Virus record (IMG/VR): IMGVR_UViG_3300017766_000946
Coordinates: 1 to 27,474 of that record
Reading direction: 5' to 3' (one strand)
DNA: 27,474 nucleotides
Source: a virus
Lineage: Duplodnaviria > Caudoviricetes
Part shown: piece by piece, positions 26,801 through 27,474 of the stretch
Layout: every line of letters begins with the position of its first letter
Numbering within the stretch: position 1 is the first letter of the stretch
Translations under genes and position numbers: made by a program
Notes under the pieces: model-generated
What the model was told of the DNA's origin: nothing
Seen by the model: only the letters and a program-made list of their open reading frames with translations
Databases searched by the model: none

Positions 26801-27474
26801 AACGCTACTACTGCTGAGACTACTGATGTCAACTCGCTTATCCAGTTCAACAAGAATGGCTTTCTGCTAGGCAATGCAGCTATTGTTAATACTTCTGCTG
26901 CTACTTATGTTGCTAGTGCATGGAAAGCAGGAAACACTACAGTGACTAATACCAATGGCTCTATCTCAGCACAGGTTAGAGCTAATCCTATTGCAGGGTT
27001 TAGTATTGTTACTTATACAGGCAATGCAACTGCTAATGCTACTGTAGGGCATGGTCTTGGTATTACGCCTAGATTTTTTGTTGTTAAAATAAGAAGTGGA
27101 ACAGGCGAATGGCTTGCATATCATGTTTCAACTGGTAAAGATGGATTTATGCAACTTCAATCTACGGCTGCATTTTCATCTTCTGCAAATTATTGGGGTA
27201 CAACAGGACCAACATCAACCACTATTCAATTAAATGGTGGTGGTGGCGTAAATAATAACGGCTCAACATACGTAACCTACTGCTTCGCCGCAGTGCCGGG
27301 CTATTCTGCATTTGGTAGCTACACTGGTAATGCAAGTACAGATGGTCCATTTATATACACAGGATTTAGACCTAGATTTATTTTATTAAAAGACTCAACA
27401 AATCTTAATAACTGGCAAATATTAGATTCATCTAGGAATACATACAATTTTGCCAATAGTATCCTTCAACCAAA
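23852..27474 (+). CDS. Large tail/receptor-binding protein (>1200 aa, 3'-truncated) with two LamG(ConA-like)-SPRY modules; not in the ORF track
   Basis: ATG overlaps the upstream TAA. The frame was open wherever I translated it, including the last line. Twice-repeated WVKRG, WYHIV, YGTNGF, GKWY.E and NFGQR motifs, then PDFVWIKSRS and IVTYTGN. Confidence 0.85.
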   Translation, partial: MSVLQNNPFLIASGNPTDPTFPLQRSIRLRSSAPAYFNRTQTTTTNSVKCTFSAWVKRGTLGVLQVIFGGYTGTDADTQLYFDTTNQLKFTSRITNVNGSAFEWAGESAALFRDPSAWYHIVVLVDTSTAKTTNNAYYTVYVNNIVQTFTTVSGASLVSATTVQNRNTCWNVSGYLNTLGRHRANHFDGYLTEVNFVDGQALTPLSFGGYNPGTNVWEPRKYSGSYGTNGFYLNFQNPASTGADSSGNGNNFTPNNIQTSNSALVTYDSMLDVPTLSSGNNANFATLNPLDIIGTGGSITSGNLQLTGGTGAWYQSRSAFALTTGKWYWEVTIVSTNVSTNGIDLGIANSTTQLAGYGQPNKWVYNNNSGGRKSLNGTSSAYGTAFLTNNIVGVAFDADLGTLEFYVNGSTQGVAASTGLPNPAFPIVECYGTDSVAINFGQRPFSYTPPSGYKSLNTFNLPEPTIPRGDKYFEQYLYTGNGGGLQVGEIQKPMSLFNLDRSIRIRAAQNAYFSRLPTTNGNGQKFTISTWVKRGKLGTGWTDTIFTGRTGTNFPELDIIFSSDIIKLQAYTTGAALLMNVDTVNTYRNPAIWYHIVAAFDTTQTTPADRVKVYVNGVAQTIAAGVTYPSQNLVLTANQTVTQYIGSSPANTAWGDLYFADYYMIDGQQLTPTSFGQFDGNNYWTPKAYTGTYGTNGFHLEFEDFSGTTASTIGKDTSGNSNNWTPSGINLTTPEADNEYWDSYTDVPTLNDANTANYCVFDPLQFGSNELRNGNLTYVWGVASTAYKYRGTTTLTTGKWYFEGNIEAFTIGNAGNTNYAFGFIADSGVDTHISFGWTTNGTSMKLGYRYDVAGVIVQNVTYNTTAPVSTDIFGIEYDVDNGTANFYKNGTLMGSASGLALGAVKPQVWRTGTSNSATVHANFGQRAFKYTPSTGYKKINAFNVAEVVGDVETPDFVWIKSRSAATGHALFNSVSGVGKYLSSNATTAETTDVNSLIQFNKNGFLLGNAAIVNTSAATYVASAWKAGNTTVTNTNGSISAQVRANPIAGFSIVTYTGNATANATVGHGLGITPRFFVVKIRSGTGEWLAYHVSTGKDGFMQLQSTAAFSSSANYWGTTGPTSTTIQLNGGGGVNNNGSTYVTYCFAAVPGYSAFGSYTGNASTDGPFIYTGFRPRFILLKDSTNLNNWQILDSSRNTYNFANSILQP

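Larger units (their letters stand above)
1..27474. mobile_element. Tailed bacteriophage genome segment (two-armed, podovirus-like; no integrase or repressor recognised in the window)
   Basis: Dense, often overlapping co-oriented ORFs; PolA/primase/helicase/RNR/ThyX module on the minus strand; virion-type genes on the plus strand; no cellular housekeeping context. Confidence 0.95.

Noticed and set aside
279-26874. Antisense and nested ORFs in the track (e.g. 279-512, 6028-6462, 17084-17584, 21993-22496, 22824-23126)
   Set aside because: They lie within well-supported genes, mostly on the opposite strand, and show no recognisable motifs; treated as shadow ORFs.

Overview
The whole window is part of a tailed-phage genome, probably a lytic podovirus with the two-armed layout seen in Zobellviridae/cobavirus-like phages (family assignment is inference). 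An apparently complete early/replication arm lies on the minus strand (21.3 kb to 3.7 kb). In transcription order it carries small early ORFs, a CobT-like vWA and CobS/MoxR AAA+ pair, primase, DnaB-type helicase, family A DNA polymerase, a probable SSB, a Cas4-like nuclease, a metallophosphoesterase, ThyX, a class II ribonucleotide reductase, three HNH-type nucleases, an ECF sigma factor and a DUF3310 protein. Plus-strand virion genes flank it: probable internal proteins and a lytic transglycosylase at the left, tail-fibre and lectin genes at the right. An AT-rich non-coding block (21.4-22.1 kb) between the divergent arms probably holds the joined genome ends. The most striking unexplained signal is the 10-bp palindrome TTACTAGTAA: I count 19 exact copies by eye. 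They are densest at the early end, sit at five consecutive early gene junctions, and occur inside genes in two different reading frames. Also notable are two related homing-type endonucleases that each duplicate a terminus of the neighbouring gene, and a nested LamG-SPRY duplication in the large tail protein. All calls rest on motif recognition; no database search was run.
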